Positions 1-11,900 of a DNA stretch of 64,000 bases are shown here, in pieces. Below the pieces are notes generated by a model, which saw nothing but the letters and a program-made list of their open reading frames with translations, was not told the origin of the DNA and ran no database searches. The position numbers and the translations under genes were made by a program. The DNA comes from Octopus sinensis (lineage: Eukaryota). The stretch spans positions 14,446,001 through 14,510,000 of the forward strand of contig NC_043020.1 of the NCBI RefSeq assembly GCF_006345805.1, given 5' to 3'. Each line of letters begins with the position of its first letter. Position 1 is the first letter of the stretch.

Positions 1-447
1 TGCTATCGTGAAAATGTCCAAAGCACCCTTTACGCAAGGGCATTTTTGCAAAACAAACACATATATGAGGTCTCAACCTGATATCCTTTCACAGTTTTTC
101 TTTTTTGCAGCAAACACAGTCTGGAAGCCTTTTTTCCTTCCATTTATTTTTTCCTCTTTAAGGAGGTCAATGTTTTCTCTGTTGACACCTCAGTTGATTT
201 TGCTTTTCTCACAGTTCTGTGCTTTCTAGAAGAAATGCCCTCACGTAACTGAGACGCAATGTCAACCCCAAATTTCAAATGGTTGTAGTTCTTTGGTGGC
301 AGAGGTACCTTGTGGCTTTTTACATAAACAATATATGAATTAACTGTAGTTAGACATAATGCCGGAGAAATATGAATCCCCATACCTTATATCAGGACTC
401 CAGTAGTTCCACAGTTGAGGAAGCTGCTTGTTACCATACGTAATAAT

Positions 448-812
448 TGTGGTAAGTAGCTTGTTTACCAACCACATGGTTCCGGGTTCAGTCCCACTGC
501 GTGGCACCTTGGGCAAGTGTATTCTACTTTGGGCCGACCAAAGCCTTGTGAGTGGATTTGGTAGACGGAAACTGAAAGAAGCCTGTCGTGTATATGTATA
601 TATATATGTGTGTGTTTCTGTTAGTCCCCCTAGCATTGCTTGACAATCGATGCTGGTGTGTTTATGTCCCCGTCACTTAGTGGTTCGGCAAAAAGGACTG
701 ATAGAATAAGTACTGGGCTTACAAAAAATAATACCCGGGTTCGGTTGCTCGATTAAAGGCGGTGCTCCAGCATGGCCACAGTCAAATGACTGAAACAAAT
801 AAATAAAAAAAA
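448..812 (+). mobile_element. tRNA-derived SINE family A
   Basis: B-box-like GGTTCAGTCCC, internal (AT/GT)n, A-rich tail; more than 15 copies in window. Confidence 0.85.
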
Positions 813-1239
813 TTTCCTCAGTATCAGTTGGTTGCCATAGTGGATCAGGTCTTCCACAAATAGAAATTATGCATTGAGCATATTTATTTGTTTCGTCTGT
901 GACACTTTCAAAAAACATTTTGGTAAAAATAAAAATAAATAGTCCAATGGTTGAGCATTGAAAGGTAGGATGTGTTGTGGACTAGTCTTTTCTGTGAAAC
1001 TGAGAATTGTGGTTGTTGTAATAATCTTCAGCCATGTTGCCATAATGCTTTCAATATCATTTCCATCACTTTCATTATCGAAATCTTCCTCATCCAATGA
1101 AGATTCATAAATATCAATATCAGATTCATCCTAAGACTAATCACAGTTGTTTCCATTAATATTTTGTACTTTATCAAGAATAAAACCTTCAAAGTTGGAA
1201 TCGCTACTTGCTGACACAGTATTGTTAAAAACTAAGATA

Positions 1240-1752
1240 CTGTAAATCCTCGAGGATAATCCGCATTTTTTTTCCCAAAATTTGAAGGTCAAAATCCCTA
1301 GTGCGTACTATATACGAGGTTAAAGATGAAAAATATTTTCTAAGCAATGTCCAAGTCTCTATTTGCTGTCTGACAATGTTTATTCAGATGCATTTTGTGA
1401 TGTCAGGCGCGAAAATACCTTAAGCTAAACCTGAAAGCAATGAAGTCATAAAATAATCATCCATAACTTGCAGTAAGCAACATTTATTAAACATTATTAC
1501 TGTTATTTCTTTATTTTCTGCAAACAAAATGCACAAAAAAGCTACATGTTTGCATTATGTTATATATACAATAATAATAAAGGACGTTACCGTATACATT
1601 TTTACAAACCAAGGACGTTATAATAACCTCTTTGACTCAAGTTAGAGAAGGGGTGCGTATTATACACAAGGTTTAGGTTTTTCAGAGGTACAGCCCCCTA
1701 AAAATAACCTGCGTATTATACTCAAGGGCGGACTATACTCGAGGATTTAAGG
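1240..1752. mobile_element. Tc1/mariner-type MITE
   Basis: About 27-bp imperfect TIRs ctgtaaatcctcgaggataatccgc / gcggactatactcgaggatttaagg; TA on both sides. Confidence 0.8.
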
Positions 1753-2076
1753 TATACACTTCTCTTCAAATGTTGAAAAAAACCAAGTTGTATAAAAAAT
1801 TTCATTGAAGTAAGGCAGGAAAGGCTTTATCTTGCATTATCTCAAATCTACGAGAATTCAGTAACCTGATTTGTTTATATTTTTAGTGACTTTGTTGCGG
1901 AATCAGACACAGCTGGATTTGGCCGATTCAAACAAATAAAGGGGGATTATTTCCAGCCAGTTGTGGCTGGTCTGAACACTAATGGGTTAAGTAAGCCTGT
2001 TGGTTATAGGTGTGATTGATCAACAAGACCTGTGATCAAAGGTTATGTTGGAATGTTTAATGTCATATGTCATATA

Positions 2077-2482
2077 GGCGCAGGAGTGGCTGTGTGGTAA
2101 GTAGCTTGTTTACCAACCACATGGTCATGGGTTCAGTCCCACTGCGTGGCACCTTGAGCAAGTGTCTTCTACTATAGCCTCAGGCCGACCAAAGCCTTGT
2201 GAGTGGATTTGGTAGACGGAAACTGAAAGAAACTCGTCATATATATATATGTATGTATGTGTGTGTATATGTTTGTGTGTCTGTGTTTGTCCCCCCAACA
2301 TCGCTTGACAACCGACGCTGGTATGTTTATGTGTTTATGTCCCCGTAACTTAGCAGTTCGACAAGAGACCGATAGAATAAGTATTAGGCTTACAAAGAAT
2401 AAGTCCTGGGGTTGATTTGCTCAACAAAAGGCGTAGCTCCAGCATGGCCGCAGTCAAATGACTGAAACAAGTAAAAGTAAAG
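2077..2482 (+). mobile_element. SINE family A
   Basis: Full-length copy ggcgcaggagtggctgtgtgg...gaaacaagtaaaag. Confidence 0.87.
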
Positions 2483-2734
2483 TATATGTATCTGCAAGTT
2501 GCCTGGAGCTGAGTCAAACTGGTATTAAATCCTTTCTGCTATAGGAACAAGGCCTGAAATTTTAGTGGTGGGGGTATAGTCACTCACACCAACTGGTACT
2601 TATTTCATTGGTCCTGAAAGAATAAAATGCAAAGTTGACCTCAGCAAAATTTGAACTTGGAATGTAAAGACAGACAAAATGCCACAAAGTATTATATCCA
2701 TCATGCTCATAATTCTGCCAGTTATCGAATAATG

Positions 2735-2958
2735 CAGTGGTTTTCAACCAGGATTCCGCGGAACCTTAGGGTTCTGCCAGTACAGTACAGTCCAGGGGTT
2801 CCGCAAGATGTTACAAAACTGCTAAAATCGGCAGTAATTTTTAATTCTCCTGTGCAGATATGTGTGCATAAGACTATTAAATTATTGCACAGGGGTTCCT
2901 CGAGCCAGTGGAATGTTTCCTTGGGGTTCCGCTCCAGCAAAAATGTTGAAAAGCACTG
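2735..2958. mobile_element. hAT MITE
   Basis: TIRs cagtggttttcaacc / tgttgaaaagcactg; perfect 8-bp TSD GAATAATG. Confidence 0.9.
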
Positions 2959-3516
2959 GAATAATGTATCGTTACCATTTAGCATCTATTTTCCATACTG
3001 GCATGAGGTCGACGCTTTGACAGGTGCTGACCAGCTGAAGAGCAGCCCAGGCTCCATGTCTTTTGGCAAGGTTTCTGCCTATCCAGTCCCTGTCACACCG
3101 TCCGACCCATGCCAACATGAAAAAACAGACGTTAAATGATGATGATTCACATTTATGTATTGCATTTGCTTTTGTCACTCTCCTCACCATTCACTTGCTA
3201 TTGCCAGACATGTATACACACACACACACACACATATATATAATTCCTTGTCTTGCAAGTTACTTGGTGCCACATAAAAAGCATCCAGTTTGCATTGTGA
3301 AGTGGTTGGCATTTGGAAAGCCATCCAACTGTAAAAACCATGTCAATATTATATCGTTAAAAGTGTGACATTGTAATGAATTTTGATGGAAAGTTTTAAT
3401 TTAGATCACTTCAAGACAAAGTTTGTATCCTCGAAATGGGTAGTTTCAGGCAGATTGGTATCAAAATGGTTAAACATCTTTACTTTTCTTTTCTTTTTTT
3501 TTTTTTTTTCTCACAG

Positions 3517-3658
3517 GCTGGCTGTCCAGTACAAAAGTTTTCTCTATTCAAGACTCGAACTTGAAGCTGTTATGTCTTCTTTGGCCTCCAGTATTCAATC
3601 AAATTATGACACCTTGTTAAATGTGGCCCCCGGGTTCCAGATAAGACAGCTGAAGTAG
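3517..3658 (+). CDS. FIRRM: FIRRM exon A (3' border uncertain: 3622, 3640, 3654 or 3658)
   Basis: Long poly-T tract plus cag acceptor; RLAVQYKSFLYSRLELEAVMSSLASSIQSNYDTLLNVAPGFQ; in-frame TAG at 3656-3658 directly before GTAAAC. Confidence 0.7.
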
Positions 3659-3687
3659 GTAAACTTTCATGAGTTTTCAAATGCTTA

Positions 3688-3718
<31 letters not shown>

Positions 3719-5118
3719 TGTTCTATGTATGTATGTGTCTATGTACATATATATATATATATATCTATACAGCACCGTTTGAGCGTGGCAGTTACTAGCG
3801 TCGCCTGACTGGCGTCCATGTCGGTGACACGTAAAAGCACCAACTGATCGTGGCCGTTTGCCAGGCTGCGCCAGCTCCTGTGCCGGTGGCACGTAAAAAA
3901 AACCCACTACACTCACAGAGTGGTTGGCGTTAGGAAGGGCATCCAGCTGTAGAAACACTGCCAGATCAGACTGGAGCCTGGTGCAGCCTCCATGGCTTAC
4001 CAGTCCCCGGTCGAACCATCCAGCCCATGCTAGCATGGAAAACGGCCGTTAAATGATGATGATGATGATCTCACACACACACACAATGCAAACTGGATGC
4101 TTTTTATGTGGCACCAGCAGGGCCACCAAGTAACACACACACACATATGTGTGTGTGTGTATATGAAAGATGAATCATGATTGAGAGAATGAGTGGAATT
4201 TAAAAGGATTGGAAGATATAAGCAGAAGAAACCATTCTGGTGGTATGGTTAGGGTTAGGGTGATGGGAATAGTTTGATGAAACATGTCATACATTGACAC
4301 AGGCGTGGCTGTGTGGTAAGAACCTTGCTTCCCAACTATGTGGTTCGTGGTTCAGTCCCACTGCATGGAACCTTGAGCAAGTGTCTTCTATTAAAGCCTT
4401 GGGCCAACTAAAGCTTTGTGTAGATGGAAACTAAAAGAAGCCTTTTTTATATATATATATATGTAGAGAGAGAGAGAGAGAGATGTGTGTGTCTTTGTGC
4501 CTGTGTTGTCCCCCACCACCACCACTTGACCACTGGTGTTGGTGTGTTTACATTCCCATAACTTAGCAGTTCAACAAAAGAGACTGATAGAATAAGTACC
4601 AGACTTTAAAAAAAAGTCCTGGGGTTGATTCATTTGACTAAAAATTTTCCAAGGTGGTGCCCCAGCATGGCCACAATCTAATAACTGAAACAAATAAATA
4701 GAAAAATTAACAGAAAGTGATGAGATCAGACCTTAGGATGCAGGGCCTCATGGTGAGATGATACCGGATTGAGTACACATGATGGCTACATGTTGGCTCT
4801 CTCTCTCTCTCTACATAACACATGTCAACATTAAAAGCAGACATTAAAATGTTGATGGTAAAAGGTAATTAGGTTATTAAATCTAAACTCTGGTTTGTAA
4901 CTCTTTACTCTTTTTTACTCTTTTACTTGTTTCAGTCATTTGACTGCGGCCATGCTGGAGCACCGCCTTTAGTCGAGCAAATCGACCCCGGGACTTATTC
5001 TTTGTAAGCCCAGTACTTATTCTATCGGTCTCTTTTGCCGAACCGCTAAGTTACGGGGACGTAAACACACCAGCATCGGTTGTCAAGCAATGCTAGGGGA
5101 ACAAACACAGACACACAA

Positions 5119-5185
<67 letters not shown>

Positions 5186-6729
5186 TATGACAGGCTTCTT
5201 TCAGTTTCCGTCTACCAAATCCACTCACAAGGCATTGGTCGGCCCGGGGCTATAGCAGAAGACACTTGCCCAAGATGCCACGCAGTGGAACTGAACCCGG
5301 AACCATGTGGCTGGTTAGCAAGCTACTTACCACACAGCCACTCCTGCGCCTAGGAGGTATATGCATACTGGAGGTATATGCATACAAAACTTTGTAGCTA
5401 CAGGGTTAAGAGCTTAGTGTTTCTATTTGGCGTACACTGACAATTGTAGATATTTAATTAGCTACTTGTGGCAAATTTTGCTTTGGATTTAATTGTGACC
5501 TGATACTCTTTTAATTGTTTCAGTCATTTGACTGCGGCCATGCTGGAGCACCGCCTTTAGTCGAGCAAATCGACCCCGGGACTTATTCTTTGTAAGCCCA
5601 GTACTTATTCTATCGGTCTCTTTTGCCGAACCGCTAAGTGATGGGGACGTAAGCACACCAGCATTGGTTGTCAAGCAATGCTAGGGGGACACACACATAC
5701 ACACATATATATACATATATACGACAGGCTTCTTTCAGTTTCCGTCTACCAAATCCACTCACAAGGCATTGGTCGGCCCGGGGCTATAGCAGAAGACACT
5801 TGCCCAAGATGCCATGCAGTGGGACTGAACCCGGAACCATGTGGTTGGTTAGCAAGCTACTTACCACACAGCCACTCCTGCGCCTATGTATGAGGACACT
5901 TGTACCCATAGTCGTATGTGTATACACAGACATAGCTATGTGGTTAAGAAGTTTGTTTTACTACCATGTGGCTTCAGGTTCAATCCCACTACATGGCACT
6001 GTAGCCAAGTGTCTTCTATGAGACCCACCAAGGTTTGTGAGTGGATTTCAAAGATGGAAAGCTTGTCATGTGTGTGTGTGTCTGTGTGTTGAGGGTCTCC
6101 TTGGATTAATATCTTGGACTAATTGTAAACAAGTGCAGGCATGGCTGTATGCTAAGAAGCTTGCTTCCCAACCACATGGTTCCAGGTTCTGTCCCACTGC
6201 ATGGCACCTTGGGCAAGTGTCTTTTACTATACCCTCAGGCTGATGAAAGCTTTGTAAGTTGATTTGGTAGACAGAAACTGAAAGAAGCCTCTTGGGTATA
6301 TACACATATATCTATGTTGTGTGTGTCTACGTTTGTCCCCTACCACTGCTTCACAACCAGTGTTGGTGTGTTTACGTCCTTATAACTTAGTCTAGTCCTC
6401 CAGGCAAGAGTCTGCCAGTTTTGAAGATGATCCAACCAGAATGTAATGAGTTCGAGCCACTCATCCAATAAGTGTTTCTGCCAGATTTGTTGAAAATCCG
6501 TTCAGCCATTTTCCAGTAATTTTGCAAACACACAGACAGACACATGCAGGGTAATGAAGAAGTGGACATCAAACTGACCCTGATGATGTCAAACAACTGA
6601 AGCTGAGGTTTCCTTTAATCAATGCTCACAGTTTTACCATTTCACTTATTAAAAACTGGTCGTGTTTCTAAGTCAGTATTGCCTGACTACTTGACTACTT
6701 GTACCCTGCTGGTCACTATGTATATATAT

Positions 6730-6776
<47 letters not shown>

Positions 6777-8891
6777 ATGAAATTATTGTATACAGTGCTC
6801 AGGTGCACTACAACTTGTCAGAAAGTGCGTATAAAGTACATGCAGTAATGTACAAATGTCTGGAAAGTGAACAGTGTATGAGTCAAATGCATGCTTGTGT
6901 GTGTATGGAGGGGAGAAAATCAGGTGTAGTGTTGGCGAATCTCAGGAAGCATGGAAGTTTTGAAGGATGCAGTGCTCCGACAACTAACAACTGATGCCGG
7001 CAGTTTGTTCCATGCTTCAGCAACTCTTAGCGTGAAAATGTTTCCGAAAGTCATGGGAGCTGTGCTGTTTTCTGACTTTGTAAACATGTCCATGGGTGTT
7101 AGACATGTGGAGTTTGAAAAGGTGCTCAGAGTTATTGTTTGTACTTCCAATTCTTTCTTGTAATAATATTTGTTTTCTATTTTCCAGGAAGAAAATCCTT
7201 CACAAACAAACGAGAAATCTTTTCAGATGACTTTGAAGATTACTGGTTTCTTAATGAAGGTTTTGGTAAATTTCGTCAAAGAATATGAAAATTACCTTGG
7301 CAAAAGTGTTGAACCATTATACCCACTGATTCTCTACATGTTTAAGTAAGTCATTTGAAGTGAATTCTCACCTGTTCATCATCATCATCATCATCATTAT
7401 TTAACATCCATTCTCCATGCTGGCATGGGTTGGACAGCTTGACAGAAGCTGGCAAGACCAGAAGCCTCATTGGATTCCATTTGTCTCTTTTGGCTTGGTT
7501 TCTACGGCAACCACTACACAGTGTGTAGTGAGTGTTTTTTATGTGGCACCATCACTAGTACTGGAAGAATTCTATAGTGGATTGACCCCAGTACCTTTTT
7601 TTTTAAATTTAAGCCTGTTACTTATTGTATCAGTCTCTGTTGCTGAACCACTAAGTTACAGGGACATAAACACCAATACCAGTTGTCAAATGGTTGAGAA
7701 GGACAATCACAGACACAAAGACGCACATAATGGGCTTCTTTCAGTTTCCATCTACCAAATCCACTCACAAGGCTCTGGTTAGCCCGAGGCTATAGCAAAA
7801 GACACTTGTACAAAGTTCCACTCTGTGGGACTGAACCCACAGCCATGTTATTTCTTTATTGCATGTAAGGGGCTAATCATAGAGGGGGAAAAAACAAGGA
7901 CAGACAAAGGGATTAAGTCGATTACGTTGACCCCAGTGCGTAACTGGTACTTAATTTATTGACCCTGAAAGGATGAAAGGGAAGGTCAACCACAGCGGAA
8001 TTTGAACTCAGAATGTAACAGTAGCTGAAATACCGCTTAGCATTTTGCTGGCATGCTAACATTTCTGCCAGCTCACTGCCTTATGGCTGTGTGGTAAGAA
8101 ACAAGCTTCTTACCACACAGCCATGCCTATGCTTATCTTTATATATAAAAGTAAGGTTGTGTGCTGTCTGTCTCCTACGATTTAGATTCCTAACTACTCC
8201 CACATTTTGCGGTGCAGTTTAACCAGTATCTTATAGTCGTGATTCATATCGAGCCTTTCTGGGTATTAGCGCGCGTCTACGATGAGTCTACGATTTTAAA
8301 AAGAATTTACCATCAATTTTTCCCATTTTTAATGCATTTTTGGCATATATAAGGGAAGTAACTCTCTAAAAATTTATTATTAAATCTCAGAACGTAAAAA
8401 GCTACGGTAACCCCCCCCCCTTTTGTGGTTAGCCGTATTGAGATGGCTATTATACTTTACATCTCTAAAAATGCTTATATAGTTATTTCCCTTACAAACC
8501 CAAGCAACGCCGGGCGATACTGCTAGTAAATTATATTTTCTTTTCTTTTAGGTTTTCTCCGCCTTCCCTAGCTGCTCCAAAGCTTATTCAACAAAGTCAA
8601 CAAGACATCCAGCTCCAGTTATTAAATGCCGCTCAACCACTTCTAACGACACTCATCTTGAACTATTATTTTCGCATTTTAGTTACTTCTGATGAAAATG
8701 GTAGGCATTTCATTTATATTTCTGATTTGTTTGATTAATAACAAATATATCATTGTTGAGGTGCTTTTTATATATCGCAATTCTTAACATTTATGTATTA
8801 ACTTTGTTGGGTGCTTTACTGGCAGTATATTGGATATATGTTATCCCATGGTGGGTTGCACTCACAACCCCTATCTCAATTTGTATATATA

Positions 8892-8922
<31 letters not shown>

Positions 8923-11900
8923 CATACATATATATATATACAAATAAGAAAATGGAGGAATACACCTTATGATTAAGGTGTATTCTTCTATTTTCTTATT
9001 TTGTATTATTAATTTGTGGTAAAACATTTTACCTTTGCCCATATAATACAGTAAATGAATTAATTGCATCGCAATTCTTAACATTTATGTATTAACTTTG
9101 TTGGGTGCTTTACTGGCAGTATATTGGATATATGTTATCCCATGGTGGGTTGCACTCACAACCCCTATCTCAATTTGTAATTTTAAGCTAACCTTCTGAG
9201 GAATCTGAATTGCTCATACTTGTGTACATGAAATATCCAATCTTTACTCTAAGTATTGATGGTATAAGTGAATACACCCAAGTATAGTACATTTGTTCCT
9301 ACCAGATAATTACTGCTAGTAAAATGGAGAAGATACTGATCAATTCATCAATGAAAGATGTACCCATCCCTACTAAGGACCACTACACCAAAGTTCATAT
9401 GTAGTGGTTTAATAAATTATGTGATTGGGTATTATCTGGTAGTTGATTATTGATTAAGGTGTATTTCTCCATTTTCTTATTTTGTATGTGTATATATATA
9501 TATATGTATATGTCCATTTATTACAGGTGTTTGTTATTATACAAGGCGGTACTGAAAGTTCCTGGCTTTGGGTAAAAGAAAATGTAGGAGGATCAGTTAA
9601 TTATGATTTTACCCAACATGTTCCCCTTCTCAGATTCACACATTTATTGCAGTGATCCTTCAGTTTTTCTAAGCCCCGTAAAAGAACATGGAAAGTTGGG
9701 CCGCCAACAAGGCCTTTCACAATACTTTTAAAGCCAGGAACTTTTCAGCACTCCCTTGTATTTCTAAAATATTATCATATATCTTTTTTGACAGATTTAG
9801 AGCCTGACCTGGCATTACCAAGAATCTTGCTTCAGATTATGGTTGTAAACCTTCTTCCAAAGGCAAAATGTAAGTACCACTTTGTCTGCTTATTTTGTCC
9901 TAACTCATTCCTAGCCAGGTAGATGTGTATGAAGGGGACATATGATGGACAATATGTGTGAAGGGTGATATATAAAAAGGCACACATGCCAGTGACATGT
10001 AAAAGGCACCTGTACTGGTGACATATAAGAGGGTACCTGTACCGGTGATACATAAAAGGGCAATCATGCTGGTGACCAGTAAAAGGCACCTGTGCTGGTG
10101 CTACATAAAAGGGCTCTCATGCTGGTGACATGTAAAAGACACCCAGTGAACTCTATAAAGTGGTTGGCATTAGGAAAGGCATCCAACTGTAGAAATCATG
10201 CCAAAACAGACAATGGAGCCTGGTGCAGCCCACAGCCTTACCAGATCCAGTCGAGCCTTCTAAGCCATACCAGCATGGAAAATGGATGTCAAATGGTGAT
10301 GATGATGATGATGATGATGAAGGGAGGTGGGTAATGGATGAAAAAGTGTCAAATGATGCAAGTGGAAGAGGAAAAGCAAAACTGATGAGGTGAGGTTTGA
10401 TCTTAGTATGCTGGACCACACAAAGTTGTTGACAGAGCAAAGTACTTAAAATGGGTTGGAACAGACAAGCAGAAATAAAACTGTTGAGGATGAAGAGGTG
10501 GGTAGTGCAACATGTTTCTAACTTAACATACCTTTATATCAGATCTAACCCAGTGGTTCTCAGCCAGGGCCCATATGACCGTTGGGTGGGGTCATATAAA
10601 ATTTTGTTGCTAAACTTTGAGCAATAAATTGCTTATACTTCAATGCACAAAGTATTTTGACAGTTTTGTTTTTTTATACAAATCCTAATAATGTTTAATT
10701 ATAAAAATATAATTTGAGTTTTTTTTTACACATTGAATGGGTATGAGAGTCTACCTGAATAAAATAGGAATCAAAAGGGGTCTATGGGTAAAAAATGGTT
10801 GGAACCACTGATCTAGTTTAAAACTATCTCATTGTCTTCATCTTTGTTATCTTTGTAGATGACGTCACAGAAGTTTGGTATTCCCCAAGGAAATTTCCAG
10901 GAGAACGTTGCTGTGACAACATTTTAGCAAGTGTATTTAAAACATTACAGAAATGTAATTTTTATTTTAGACAATTTTATTTTCCTCATTGTTTTTGTTT
11001 CTATCTTGAATCAGCAAAACTGTCTTACTAATTTGGTATTTGTTTTAATGATGGACTCTCCCGTCAACAAGGACATATATGAGTGTTCAGCTTTTGCCAA
11101 ACAACCTGTATACAGGATTTGTTTATATTGATCAAATGTATGTGCTGTACATTCGAGCGTGATCGTTGCCTGCGTTGCCTTGCTGGCACGTGAAAGAACA
11201 TTCAAGCGAGGTTGTTGTCAGTGCCGCTGGACTGGCTCCTGTGCAGGTGGCACATAAAAAGCACCGTTTGAACGTGGCCGTTGCCAGTACTGCCTGACTG
11301 GCCCTCATGTCTGTGGCACATAAAAAGCACCCACTACACTCTCGGAGTGGTTGGCATTAGGAAGGGCATCCATCTGTAGAAACTCTGCCAGATCAGATTG
11401 GAGTCTGGTGCAGCCATCTGTTTCGCCAGACCTCAGTCAAATCGTCCAACCCTTGCTAGCATGGAAAGCGGACGTTCAACGATGATGATGTATGTACTGT
11501 ACCTTAGCTCACTCCCTCCATCCAATTCATCTTACCTGAACAGGTGCATGATGTGCCATGATTCAGATGTCGAACTGATCACAGAGCAACATGAGATGAA
11601 GTGTTTTTTGCTCAAGAACACAATGCTCCACCTTGACTAGAAATTGAAACCGCAGTCTTGCAATCATGAGTACAACACCCTAACCACTGGGCCATGTATC
11701 CTCACTTTTGTTTTGACAATTATAATAATAATAATAATTAATTTCTAATTTTGGCATAAAACCAGCAATTTTGAAGGTGGAGGAAGTTGATTACATCAAC
11801 CTCAATGCTCAACTGATACTAATTTTATAGACCCTGAAAGGATGAAGGATAAAGTCAACTTCAGTAGCATGTACATTCAGAATATTAAGAGCCAGAAGAA

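Larger units (their letters stand above)
1..1986 (-). mobile_element. Internally deleted, degenerate piggyBac-like transposon with nested SINE and MITE
   Basis: Minus-strand fragments PLDYLFLFLPK/MFFESVTDETNKYAQ...WQPTDTEEI (about 810-1000), GNKQLPQLWNYWS...FSGIMS (340-440), VNSYIVY...HLKF and a Cys/His-rich tail (10-330); ends ggg|TTAA at 1986. Confidence 0.75.

Noticed and set aside
2651-3139. 162-aa ORF
   Set aside because: It runs across a hAT MITE and an RTE-tail foldback, with no coding signature or splice context.
3641-3648. AT-AC U12 intron as the explanation for the AT donor
   Set aside because: The sequence is ATAAGACA, not ATATCCTT, and the downstream acceptor is AG with a pyrimidine tract.
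6404-6442. Possible micro-exon resolving the FIRRM exon A/B phase conflict
   Set aside because: Its 39-nt length keeps phase 2, which is incompatible with phase-0 exon B, and it looks repeat-derived.
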